Below, piece by piece: positions 1 to 9,518 of a stretch of DNA of 64,000 nt. The stretch is from NCBI GenBank assembly GCA_943841495.1, contig CALSYL010000003.1, positions 16,915 to 80,914 of the forward strand. Direction: 5' to 3'. A program made the translations under genes and the position numbers. Under the pieces are notes generated by a model. The model was not told where the DNA came from. It made no database searches and worked only from the letters and a program-made list of their open reading frames with translations. The stretch's first letter is position 1. Each line of letters starts with the position of its first letter. This stretch comes from an uncultured bacterium. Its GTDB lineage: Bacteria; Fidelibacterota; Marinisomatia; Marinisomatales; Marinisomataceae.

Positions 1-1452
1 CCCTTTTTCATCAAAAGCCATTACAATAACTGCTGCACCAAATTCTTTAACTATTTCAGCATGTTTTATAAACTCATCTTCTCCTTCTTTTAAGCTTATG
101 GAGTTAACAATAGGTTTACCTTGAATATTTTTTAGCCCTTCTTTTAAAACACTCCATTTAGATGAGTCTATCATAATAGGTACTTTGGATATATTTGGAT
201 CTGCAGATATAAATCTGAGAAAGGTTTCCATAGCTTTTTCAGAATCAAGCATTCCTTCATCCATATTTACATCAATAATTTGTGCACCATTGTCTATTTG
301 TTCTTTTGCAACATTAAGAGCTTTTTCATAATTATCACTTAGAATTAATTTTTTAAAAATAGAAGATCCAGTCACATTAGTACGCTCTCCTATATTGACA
401 AAGTTTATATTATCTCTAAAAATAAATGGCTCCAAGCCTGCAAATGATGTTTGATAATTAATACTAGGAACTATTCTAGGAGCTTCATTTTCTAACTTTT
501 TCTTTTATTGCCTTGATATGTCCTGGTCCTGTTCCACAACAACCGCCTACAATATTTAAATATCCATTTGATGCTAAAGCCGATATTTCTTTTGCCATAA
601 ATTCAGGGCTATCATCATATTCTCCTAATTCATTAGGTAATCCAGCATTAGGATGTGCTGAAACAAAAGTATCTGCAATTTTTGATAATTCAGCTATATA
701 ATACTTCATATCTTTAATTCCTAAAGCACAATTAATACCAATGCTTAATGGATTGCTATATTTTATTGTATGCCAAAAAGCTTCTAATGTTTGTCCAGAT
801 AAAGTTCTACCACTTTTATCTACAATTGTTACAGAGATCATAATTGGGATATCAAGATTATGATCAGTTAAATAGTTATTTATAGCAATGACTGCAGCCT
901 TACAATTCAAAGTATCAAAAATAGTTTCAATCATTAGCAGATCTACTCCACCTTTTACTAATCCATCTACTTGTTCATAATAAGTCTTATAGAGCTCATC
1001 AAAAGTAATATTTCTAAAAGATAAATCTTCAACTTTAGGAGATAGAGAAGCTGTTCTATTTGTTGGGCCAATACTTCCACAAACAAATTTTTGACTGGTA
1101 TTTTTTTTATAATATCTTTTAACAGCATTTTTTGCTAACTGAGCAGATTTAAAGTTCATTTCAAAAACATAATCTTCTAGATGATAATCTGATTGAGATA
1201 TACTATTTGCATTGAATGTATTTGTTTCAATTATGTCTGCACCAGCTTCTAAATATTTATAGTGTATATCTTCTATTAATTGAGGTCTGGTTAAGATAAT
1301 AAGTCATTATTGCCTTTCAAGCTGGATTCATAATTAGAAAATTTTTCTCCTCTATAGTCATCTTCATCAAGCTGAAATTCTTGAATCATTGTACCCATAG
1401 CACCATCTAAGATTAAAATCCTATTTTTTAATATATTTCTTATATCTTTCAT
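1..1452 (-). CDS. metH: Cobalamin-dependent methionine synthase, N-terminal part (homocysteine-binding and pterin-binding domains); runs off the window edge; two frameshifts (~1295, ~490)
   Basis: Manual translation from ATG at 1452: MKDIRNILKNRILILDGAMGTMIQ...GNNDLLS; shifted frame TRPQLIEDIH...AGADIIETNTFNA joins ORF 485..1159 (GSIGPTNRTAS, GINCALG, HPNAGLPN, GGCCGT); after the second shift FVNIGERTNVTGS...IIDVNMDEGMLD...MIDSSKW. Confidence 0.93.
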
Positions 1453-1456
1453 ATAC

Positions 1457-1482
1457 AAAAAAACCAGCTGCTAAGCTGGTTT
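1457..1482 (-). terminator. Intrinsic terminator hairpin just upstream of the metH start (riboswitch expression platform)
   Basis: Minus strand AAACCAGCT-TAGC-AGCTGGTTT followed by a T-run, ending 4 nt before the ATG. Confidence 0.75.
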
Positions 1483-1490
1483 GATTATTT

Positions 1491-1543
1491 ACCATTTTAG
1501 CATTTTTTTTAACGTCGCAGCAATATTGTTCAAATCACGACTT
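1491..1543 (-). ncRNA. SAM-II/SAM-V-like riboswitch aptamer
   Basis: Minus strand AAGUCGUGAUUUGAACAAUAUUGCUGCGACGUUAAAAAAAAUGCUAAAAUGGU: P1 GUCGU/GCGAC, loop GAUUUGAAC..UAUUGC and 3' GCUAAA match the SAM-II/V pseudoknot core; located upstream of a methionine-synthesis gene. Confidence 0.7.
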
Positions 1544-1549
1544 CTGGAG

Positions 1550-1555
1550 ATTATA
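1550..1555 (-). promoter_or_regulatory. Putative sigma-70 -10 box for the riboswitch-metH transcript
   Basis: TATAAT on the minus strand ~7 nt before the aptamer; -35 match is weak (TTATTA at 17 nt). Confidence 0.45.
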
Positions 1556-1660
1556 AGGCTATTTTTTCTAAATAATAAATGTTTTTTTTAATATTGATTT
1601 AAGACTATATTCGCAGCAGAAATGATTAAAAAGCAATATATAAAGAGTATCAACTTAAAT

Positions 1661-2380
1661 ATGTCTATAATTGACCAAATAATTCTATTACAAGATGTTG
1701 ATAATAAATTATTTGAAATCAATAAATTGCTAGGCAATCTTCCAACAAAAGTCCGAGAATTAACCGAAGAAGAAGATTCAGTTAAATTATCACTAGAAAA
1801 TAAAGAAAATGATCTAAAAGAGACCTCTGTGCTAATTAGCACAAATGAAACACTAGTCCAAACTACATTGATAAAATAAATTCATTGAAAGATAAGCTAA
1901 TTGATGGTTCTATTTCTACGAATAAAGAGTATGACGCGATGATGGAAACGATAGATTTTGAAAAAAATCTTTTAGATCAAAAAGAGCTAGAATTAATTGA
2001 GTTAATGACAAAAAAAGAAAATTTAGCAAAAGAAATTGATGAAGATAAAGCTTCCTTAGATGGAATCATTTCAGAATTAAAGTCAAAAAAAGATGATTTA
2101 AATTCTAAAATGGAAGAAGTGTCAGAAGAAAATAATGCATTAAAACTTGAGAGAGACAATTTTGCAAATGACATTCCAGAAGATATCATAGAAAAATATA
2201 TGCAAATATATAATGCTAGAAAAGGTGTAGCGTGTTGCAGAAATTTTAGATAATAACTGTGAAGGTTGTGGAGCATATATTCCTCCTCAATTAGTGAATG
2301 AAGCCCTATCTAAAGAACTAGTCAATTGTGGCACATGTAGTAGATTTTTGTATAAGTCAGAAAACAAATCAGAAAATTAG
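1661..2380 (+). CDS. Coiled-coil protein with C-terminal C4 zinc ribbon (DUF164/CT398-like); two frameshifts (~1875, ~2235)
   Basis: ORFs 1622..1879 and 1885..2253 join into one coiled-coil (LQDVDNKLFEI...KEYDAMMETID...YMQIYNARKGVA); shifted frame continues VAEILDNNCEGCGAYIPPQ...NCGTCSRFLYK to TAG at 2380. Confidence 0.85.
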
Positions 2381-2398
2381 TCATTCGTTAAGTTTTTT

Positions 2399-4326
2399 TT
2401 AATCACTCAATTGATTTGATAAGCCTAATTGTAATTCTTTAATCTCTCTTAATAATAGGTCAATCTTATTTTTCTTGATTCCATGTTTTTTAGCACCTGA
2501 GATAATATCTTCCCATGGAGACAAGTCACATCCAGTGCAAAACATGCCATATTTTTCAAAAATTTTTTCAACTTCTTCTCCAAAAATTTCAATCATACTG
2601 CTGGATGGACATTTTTTCATTTATAGTTCCAGAAAATATTGACAATTTTTCACTCTTTTTTTGTTCATATGGTCCTTGAAGGTAGTCTTAAAAATCCTGT
2701 CTTTACTTGGTCTGTATCTCTCCACCATTTTATCCAATAACCAACCCTAGCTTCATCCCAAGAAAGGTTGCCATTTAATAATAGTTTTGAAGAATATCTT
2801 CTGTTATCTCTAAACGATATTTAGTGTCGGCTTTAATTTGAGAATCTTTTTTGCTTTATTTTCAGATTGCCATTTAAAATTTCAAAATTAAATTCAAAAT
2901 TTAAATTATCCCACTTTTTACCCCAACATTTTAAGTTGACATTAATATCTTCACAGGTTTTTATATCAGGACTGTCATTGAGATAGAGAAAATAATTTTT
3001 TAATTCTTGTTTAGTAACTTTTTTTTCTTTTGTATTCCAATAGTCGCTAATCTTTAATTTATGGCCATTCTTGCTGTAATCTTCTTTAACTGTTTTTTAA
3101 AATATGCTTCTGATTATATATCAACTTTCTATCTTCCCAATATCTATTAATTTCATTATTTTCTGTATTCCAGCTATCACCAGGTATTAAGTCTATTAGT
3201 TTATTTTCTAATCCATTATTCTGTAAACCCTATTAAGATATCATCAATACTATTAGTTATGATTGATTTTAAATAATGTTCATGTTCTGGTTGCCAAAGA
3301 CGAAAGTGTGATGCAAAAGGGATTATATAATTGGCTTCATACAGCTTTGTAGCTTCAATTAATAGCTTAATTTTTCCCTCACATGCTTTTTTCATAATAT
3401 TTTTTCTTCTCTTTTAAGCTAAGGTGTTGCCAAGTAAATGGGTATCCAGAAGCTCCAGTAGAAAAAATACAAACTAACTGCATCAACAGGCTTTACATCT
3501 TCTGCGATATTAGGGTTCAATCCTGCATCATTTAGATTTAAGTACCCTATATCCATCTATATCAATTAATGTGATAGAATCATTAAAAACGCTAACAGGT
3601 TTAAAAAATTTAATCTTTATTTTTTCATGTATATTTATTTCCTGCTCAAAGCTGACTACCTTAACATTAATAAAGCCTAGCTTTTTGAGAAATTTTTGCA
3701 TTCTTTTGTTAGGAAAGTCAGGGATTAAAATAGGAGTCTTTTTATTAAACTTAATTAAAGTAGGAATATGAAAATGATCAGAATGTTCATGTGTAAATAA
3801 TAATAGAATAAGGCTTAATATCTTTTGCCTTAATGTCGGTTAATGGATATTGCCTCCATGCTCCAAGCATGGCAGGTCCCTCAATCCATGGATCAATCAA
3901 TACATTAAGTTTTTTGAGGCTTATATTTAGAGTCGCATGAGAAATTAGTTTTATTTTAATAGGCTTTTTGATGTTTTGAGTTGTGTGAGTGTTTTAGCTA
4001 TAATTTTTGATTTTTTCTTTGTTATTTTAGAGCTATCAACCCATAGAACATCATCGGTTATATTTATGTCTATTAGTGACAATATTTTGAGAGCTATTAG
4101 TACATTTGCCAGATGATTTATTAAATTTCCAATTATGAATTGGGCATAAAAAAACCTCTTCCTTTTTATCAAATTCAATAGATCCGCCCATATGTGGACA
4201 TACCGTAGATCCTAAAAAATATTTTCCATCATTTTTCAATAAAAAATAGTCCTTATCATTCAGAACAATTTTTTTTGGTAATGTAAAATTTTTTTCTTTT
4301 TTTAAATCAATGATTTTTATTTTCAT
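2399..4326 (-). CDS. Rieske [2Fe-2S] + metallo-beta-lactamase-fold CMP-N-acetylneuraminate hydroxylase (CMAH)-like protein with C-terminal DUF1858-like domain; roughly 10 frameshifts
   Basis: Rieske motifs CPHMGG and CPIHNW in ORF 4051..4326; manual frame-walking gives ISHATL..LIDPWIEGPAMLGAW, THEHSDHFHIPTL, LNLNDA, STGASGYPFT, IIPFASHF; ends with KYGMFCTGC...HGI (ORF 2399..2620). Confidence 0.8.
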
Positions 4327-4482
4327 TTAACAAATTTAGGATAAAAAATTTATTTTAAAATAATTTTCTTTTTAATTAGCCTTTAATATGATTATTATAT
4401 TTTGATAATTATAAGTAAAAAACGAACTATAATTAATTTTTAAATTTTTTTTAATAAATAAAAATGCTAAGGTGCATTTAAC

Positions 4483-5342
4483 ATGAAAATAGAACAGCTT
4501 ATATCAAAAATTTTGTCTATAAAGTCAATACCAAACTCAGAATGGATGGAAGGATTAGAAGACAGAAAATTAAAAGAACTAGAGTTTCATGACCAAGATA
4601 GAGATAAAGAGTTTAAAAAAGAATCAAAAGATGAAGGTGATTATGAAAAATATTATGGAAATAGAAAATATTATTCTACAGTGCATAGATCACAGGAATA
4701 CATTAAAAATTGGATTATAAAAGAATCAAAAGATAAGGTGTTTTTTAGATTACGCTTGCGGTGAAGGGGATTATGGTATTCTTGCTGCAGAGTCAGGTGC
4801 AACTTTATCTCTTGGTCTGGACATATCCCCTCTTTCAATTGAAAATGCCAATGAAAAAGCAAGAGAAAAGAATAGTACCTTTAGACCAAAAGGGCGGAAT
4901 TATATTTTTTCAGGGGGATTGCGAAAATACTAAATTACCTGATAACTCTATTGATACAATCATTTGTTCTGGTATGTTACATCACTTAGATAGATCATAT
5001 GCTTTTCCAGAGTTAAGAAGAATTCTAAAGCCTGGTGGAAAAATATTAGCTGCGGAAGCATTAAACTATAATCCTGCAATCAAACTTTATAGAATGCTTA
5101 CGCCTGCAATGCGTACTGATTTTGAGAAAGAACATATTCTTTCATTAAAAGATTTAAAATTTGCAAAACACTTTCTTGATGTTAAAGAAATCAAGTTTTG
5201 GCATGTTATTGGTTATGTTGGCGGAAAATTACCGTTTTTGTTTCCTATACTAGACAATATTGATAAAATACTAGAAAAAATTCCTTTTATCAATTTAATG
5301 GGTTGGCAGTTTACTTTCGTTCTACAAAAACGAGAAGATTAA
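4483..5342 (+). CDS. Class I SAM-dependent methyltransferase; frameshifted (~4745, ~4860-4910)
   Basis: Joined frames give FLDYACGEG (motif I), GLDISPLSIE, GDCENTKLPDNSIDTIICSGMLHH, ELRRILKPGG. Confidence 0.85.
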
Positions 5343-5445
5343 AATAAATTATTTAATTCTATTTAGTAAATCATAGGTGATACTTAAAAGATTCTTTTAA
5401 TTTTTTTCTTCTTAATTCAATTTCTATCCCTTATTATACCTTAAT

Positions 5446-5785
5446 GAGCTGATTGGATGATTACTCGATTTTTTCGAGAGGAAAGTCCGGGCACCGCAGA
5501 GCATAGTGCCACCTAACAGGTGGGATTCGTGAGAATATGGACAGTGCAGCAGAAAGTAGACCGCCATTTATTTGGTAAGGGTGAAACGGTGGTGTAAGAG
5601 ACCACCAGTAATAGTGGTAACATTATTAGCTGGTAAACCCCACTAGGTGCAAGATCACGTAGACCCGAGATGCTGCTCGCATCATTTGAGGGAAGGGTAG
5701 ATTGCTAGAGTTTTATAGAAATATAAAATAGAGAGGAATGATCATCGCATCAATGATGTACAAAACCCGGCTTATAAATCAGCTC
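5446..5785 (+). ncRNA. rnpB: RNase P RNA (bacterial type A)
   Basis: Conserved GAGGAAAGTCCGGGC, AGTGCAGCAGAAAG, GGGTGAAACGGTGG, GGTAAACCCC, ACAAAACCCGGCTTAT; terminal helix GAGCTGATT/AATCAGCTC. Confidence 0.97.
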
Positions 5786-5796
5786 AAAAAATTGTT

Positions 5797-6795
5797 ATGA
5801 AGAAATCAAAAATAGCAGGTATTGGATTCAATGTTCCAAATAACGTTGTAACAAATCATGATCTAGAAGACATGATGGATACAACGGACGAATGGATTAA
5901 AACAAGATCAGGAATTGAAGAAAGAAGATGGGTAGAACCAGGAACTGCAAATTCTGATTTGGCATTACCAGCATGCATAGAAGCAATCCAAAAAGCTGGC
6001 ATTACTCCAAATGAAATAGATATAATCATAGTTGGCACAGTAAGCTCAGATTATAATTTTCCTGGAATGGCACCGATTATTCAACAAAAATTAGGTATTG
6101 CTAATCATGTTCCTGCATATGATATCAGTGCAGCATGTTCAGCTTTTATTTATTTGTTAGAAATGGGCGACCAATACATTAAATCTGGAAAATATAAAAA
6201 TGTACTTTTAGTTGGTTCTGATTTGATGTCAACAATAATAGATCGTTCTCCTGAAGGAAGAGCAACAGGTGTCTTATTTGGGGATGGATCTGGTGCAGTC
6301 GTACTTCAAGAGTCCCAAGATGATAGTCAAATTTTATCAACCCATCTTTTTGCTGATGGAAAAGGAGTAGAGCATTTAGGCGCAAAAGCGCCGGGCTCTA
6401 TTTTCAATCCGCTTAGAATAGATAAGAAGATAGTAGCAGATAGAGACCATTTACCCTATCAAAATGGTAGAGAAGTTTTCAAAAATGCTGTAACAAGAAT
6501 GCCAGAAGCTATCAATGTTGCACTTGAGCATAATCATTTAAACATAGAAGATGTTTCATTGGTTATTGCTCATCAAGCAAATAAAAGAATTTTAGAGACA
6601 TGTGCTAAAAGAATGAATCTACCAATGGAAAAAATGTTTGTAAATATTCATAAATATGGAAATACAACCGCTGCTACTATTCCAATTGCTATATGCGAGG
6701 CTTTAGAGGAAAATAAATTTTCTAAAGGCGATTATATTATTTTAACAGCTTTTGGCGCAGGATATACTTGGGCATCGGCAGCTATTAAATGGTAA
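5797..6795 (+). CDS. fabH: 3-oxoacyl-ACP synthase III
   Basis: DISAACSAF (catalytic Cys), IAHQANKRI, KYGNTTAATIP, AFGAGYTW. Confidence 0.95.
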   Translation: MKKSKIAGIGFNVPNNVVTNHDLEDMMDTTDEWIKTRSGIEERRWVEPGTANSDLALPACIEAIQKAGITPNEIDIIIVGTVSSDYNFPGMAPIIQQKLGIANHVPAYDISAACSAFIYLLEMGDQYIKSGKYKNVLLVGSDLMSTIIDRSPEGRATGVLFGDGSGAVVLQESQDDSQILSTHLFADGKGVEHLGAKAPGSIFNPLRIDKKIVADRDHLPYQNGREVFKNAVTRMPEAINVALEHNHLNIEDVSLVIAHQANKRILETCAKRMNLPMEKMFVNIHKYGNTTAATIPIAICEALEENKFSKGDYIILTAFGAGYTWASAAIKW

Positions 6796-6796
6796 A

Positions 6797-9085
6797 ATGA
6801 ATAATTTTAAACAGCTTAAAGATTTTTTCTTAAATAATAGATTTCCAATACTTTGGTTTTTCCTGCTTTCATTTGCTATATCCTTAACTTTTCCAACTGG
6901 ATTTTCAATTAGATATTCTTATCAGTTAAATGATATTGCCAATGAACCAATAATTGCACCTTTTGATTTTGGAATTCTTAAAACAGATCAAAAGCTTAAA
7001 AAAGACCTAGATGAAGCAAAGAAATCAGTACCTTTTTCTTTTAGCAGAAATCAAGATTTTGTTGATAATCAAATTGCTTCCATTGACACATTTTTTATTT
7101 ATCTAAATGATATCTATAGTTCACATGAGCTATTTATTTCATCACAAGATTCACTTTATAAATATCGATATGAACCTGAATTTGAAAGTTTTCAAACTAG
7201 TTTTGTTGCTGATAGTACTACCTATGTAACGCTATACAATGAGTTCTTAAATCAATATCAGTTCCAAATTAAAAAAAATCAATGGGATCAATTGCTGGGC
7301 ATTAACGAAAGCCTGATGGAGCCTATAAATCTAGAGTTGTTTAAAAAACAAGTTAAACAAATATGTCTTAATAGATGGGCTGAAGGCATAGTCGATGAAC
7401 CATTAGAAAATATTTTGAGTGATGAAATTAGTATAGTCCAGGGTGGCGAATTGATTATTGCACCAACAAAAAACTATAATGATATAGAATCAGCTTGGAA
7501 AAAAAATAAAGAAGAAGTAAACCTGCTTTATAATAATGATTTAGATATCAAATCTATTTTGAGCTATGAGTTAATTAATGAGTTTACAAAACCAAATATC
7601 ATTTTTGACAAGGAGTTAACTGAATCAAGGCAAAAAGAACGCTTAGATAGAGTATCGCGTTTTCAAGGAACAGTACTAGCGAATGAATTAATTGTTGATA
7701 CAAATAATCGAATTACAGATTCTGTATTATTAAAATTAAAATCTTTAAGAGTTGAATCAGAAAGAAGATTAGGGTATGAGAAAGCTGCCGATAAATTTAG
7801 AGAATATTTAGGAGCCTTTTTTGTTGTTTCAATACTACTTTTTTTACTTTTTTCTTTTTTCTACATCTATAGAGGAAACTATTTTGAAAACTATAAGATT
7901 TTAGTTTTAATCGGATTTTTAATGTATTTAATTGTATTTTTTTCGTGGATAATTGTTAATTATCAATTACCTGTTTATATAATTCCTATAGCAATGTTTT
8001 CTATTCTAATGACTGTATTACTCGATACAACAGTTGCCTTGATTTCTTCCACTATCTTGATTTTATTAATTTCATTACTTATTGGTAATGATTTAGATTT
8101 TGCTATTATTCAGTTTATTATTGCTTGTATTGCAATATTTAGCGTTAGAAAGCTTCGTAAAAGAAGGCAAATTATTGCAACAATGTTAACATTAGTTTTT
8201 TGTAGTTTATTTGTATTCTTTTCTGTGATGCTTTTTAAGGGAATTGATTTCCTTGATTATAATTATTCTACTGTAGGATATTTGGCCCTAGCTAGTTTTC
8301 TTTGTCCAATTCTTTCTTTTGGCTTAGTCCCCTTATTTGAATCATTCTTTGGTATTACAACAGATTTAAGCTTAATAGAATTACTTGATTATGATCAACC
8401 GCTTCTGAAAAAACTAATGGAAGATGCACCAGGAACACATACACATAGTGTTAAAGTTGGTACATTGGCTGAGTCATGCGCTAATGCCATAGGAGCACGT
8501 GCACTGCTTTGCAGGGTAGGTTCATATTATCATGATATAGGTAAAATTAAAAAGCCTGAGTATTATGCTGAAAATCAAACGGGAGAAAATAAGCATGATT
8601 CTATTTCACCGCATATGAGTGCTAAAATATTAAAGCAGCATGTAACAGATGGACTTTCCTTAGCAGATGAATATGGGTTACCTAAAATCGTTAAAGATTT
8701 TATTGAAACACATCATGCTAAAAATAGAATGGAATTTTTCTACCAGAAAGCATTATCAAATGCTAATAATTCAGAATCTGTAGATGAAAATGAATTTAGA
8801 TATCCTGGGCCTAAACCAAATTCTAAAGAGACTGGCATTGTAATGATTGCAGAAGCAATAGAGGCACAAGCAAATTCTATTAAAAATCCTACGCTTGAAA
8901 AATTTGAAAAGATGATAGATAAAGCAATACGTAGCCGATTAGAAGATGGCCAGTTGGACGAATGCCCTTTAACAATGGCAGACTTACAAAAAATTAAAGG
9001 TAGAAGAGATGGCAAACATGGCCTTATACCAGTGCTTTCAGGGCTATATCATTCAAGACCAGAATACCCTTCAAAAGATGATTGA
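6797..9085 (+). CDS. 7TM-HD family phosphohydrolase (YqfF/PgpH-like)
   Basis: N-terminal TM, large extracellular domain, multi-TM block, then APGTHTHS, YYHDIGK, HHAKNRMEFFY, FRYPGPKP; true start probably ATG 6797 rather than the ORF-track 6752. Confidence 0.88.
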   Translation: MNNFKQLKDFFLNNRFPILWFFLLSFAISLTFPTGFSIRYSYQLNDIANEPIIAPFDFGILKTDQKLKKDLDEAKKSVPFSFSRNQDFVDNQIASIDTFFIYLNDIYSSHELFISSQDSLYKYRYEPEFESFQTSFVADSTTYVTLYNEFLNQYQFQIKKNQWDQLLGINESLMEPINLELFKKQVKQICLNRWAEGIVDEPLENILSDEISIVQGGELIIAPTKNYNDIESAWKKNKEEVNLLYNNDLDIKSILSYELINEFTKPNIIFDKELTESRQKERLDRVSRFQGTVLANELIVDTNNRITDSVLLKLKSLRVESERRLGYEKAADKFREYLGAFFVVSILLFLLFSFFYIYRGNYFENYKILVLIGFLMYLIVFFSWIIVNYQLPVYIIPIAMFSILMTVLLDTTVALISSTILILLISLLIGNDLDFAIIQFIIACIAIFSVRKLRKRRQIIATMLTLVFCSLFVFFSVMLFKGIDFLDYNYSTVGYLALASFLCPILSFGLVPLFESFFGITTDLSLIELLDYDQPLLKKLMEDAPGTHTHSVKVGTLAESCANAIGARALLCRVGSYYHDIGKIKKPEYYAENQTGENKHDSISPHMSAKILKQHVTDGLSLADEYGLPKIVKDFIETHHAKNRMEFFYQKALSNANNSESVDENEFRYPGPKPNSKETGIVMIAEAIEAQANSIKNPTLEKFEKMIDKAIRSRLEDGQLDECPLTMADLQKIKGRRDGKHGLIPVLSGLYHSRPEYPSKDD

Positions 9086-9518
9086 AATTAATATTTTTAA
9101 TAAAGAAGAAACCAATCTTAATATCAACGATTATAACCTTAGCGAGTTAGCGAATCTTGCATTAGAAGAAACATCCTATGAAAAAATAAATTTGAATTTT
9201 ATTTTTTGTAACAATCAAACATTAAATGCTTTCAAGCTAAGATACTTCAATGATGATGTTCTAACAGATATTGTAACCTTTCCAATAAAAAATGATTCAG
9301 AACTTGAAGCTGAAATATACATTAGCACTGAGATGGCAAATAGTAATGCAAAAGAATTTAAAGTATCATTAGATAATGAAATTTCACGTTTAATAGTTCA
9401 TGGAATATTACATTTAATTGGATATGATGATAGTTCAGAAGAAGAAAAAAAAGTAATGTTTAAAAAACAAGAGCAAATTATAGCAAAATATAATAAACAG
9501 GTTTGTAATGAAATTTGA
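9078..9518 (+). CDS. ybeY: rRNA maturation endoribonuclease YbeY
   Basis: TDIVTF, AEIYIS, RLIVHGILHLIGYDD; follows 7TM-HD gene; start ATG 9078. Confidence 0.9.
   Translation: MIEINIFNKEETNLNINDYNLSELANLALEETSYEKINLNFIFCNNQTLNAFKLRYFNDDVLTDIVTFPIKNDSELEAEIYISTEMANSNAKEFKVSLDNEISRLIVHGILHLIGYDDSSEEEKKVMFKKQEQIIAKYNKQVCNEI

Noticed and set aside
480-500. Programmed ribosomal frameshifting in metH (also considered for the FKBP gene at ~56770)
   Set aside because: I know of no recoding in these families, there is no clear stimulatory structure, and neighbouring genes show the same sporadic indels.
4455-4485. AAAAATGCTAAGGTGCATTTAAC upstream of the methyltransferase resembles pieces of the SAM riboswitch
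   Set aside because: The elements are in the wrong order with no P1 helix; likely chance in AT-rich DNA.
4615-4742. Near-direct repeat AAAGAATCAAAAGAT(G)AAGGTG twice in the methyltransferase
   Set aside because: Only two short copies encoding KESKD in a Lys/Glu-rich region; not an array or att site.
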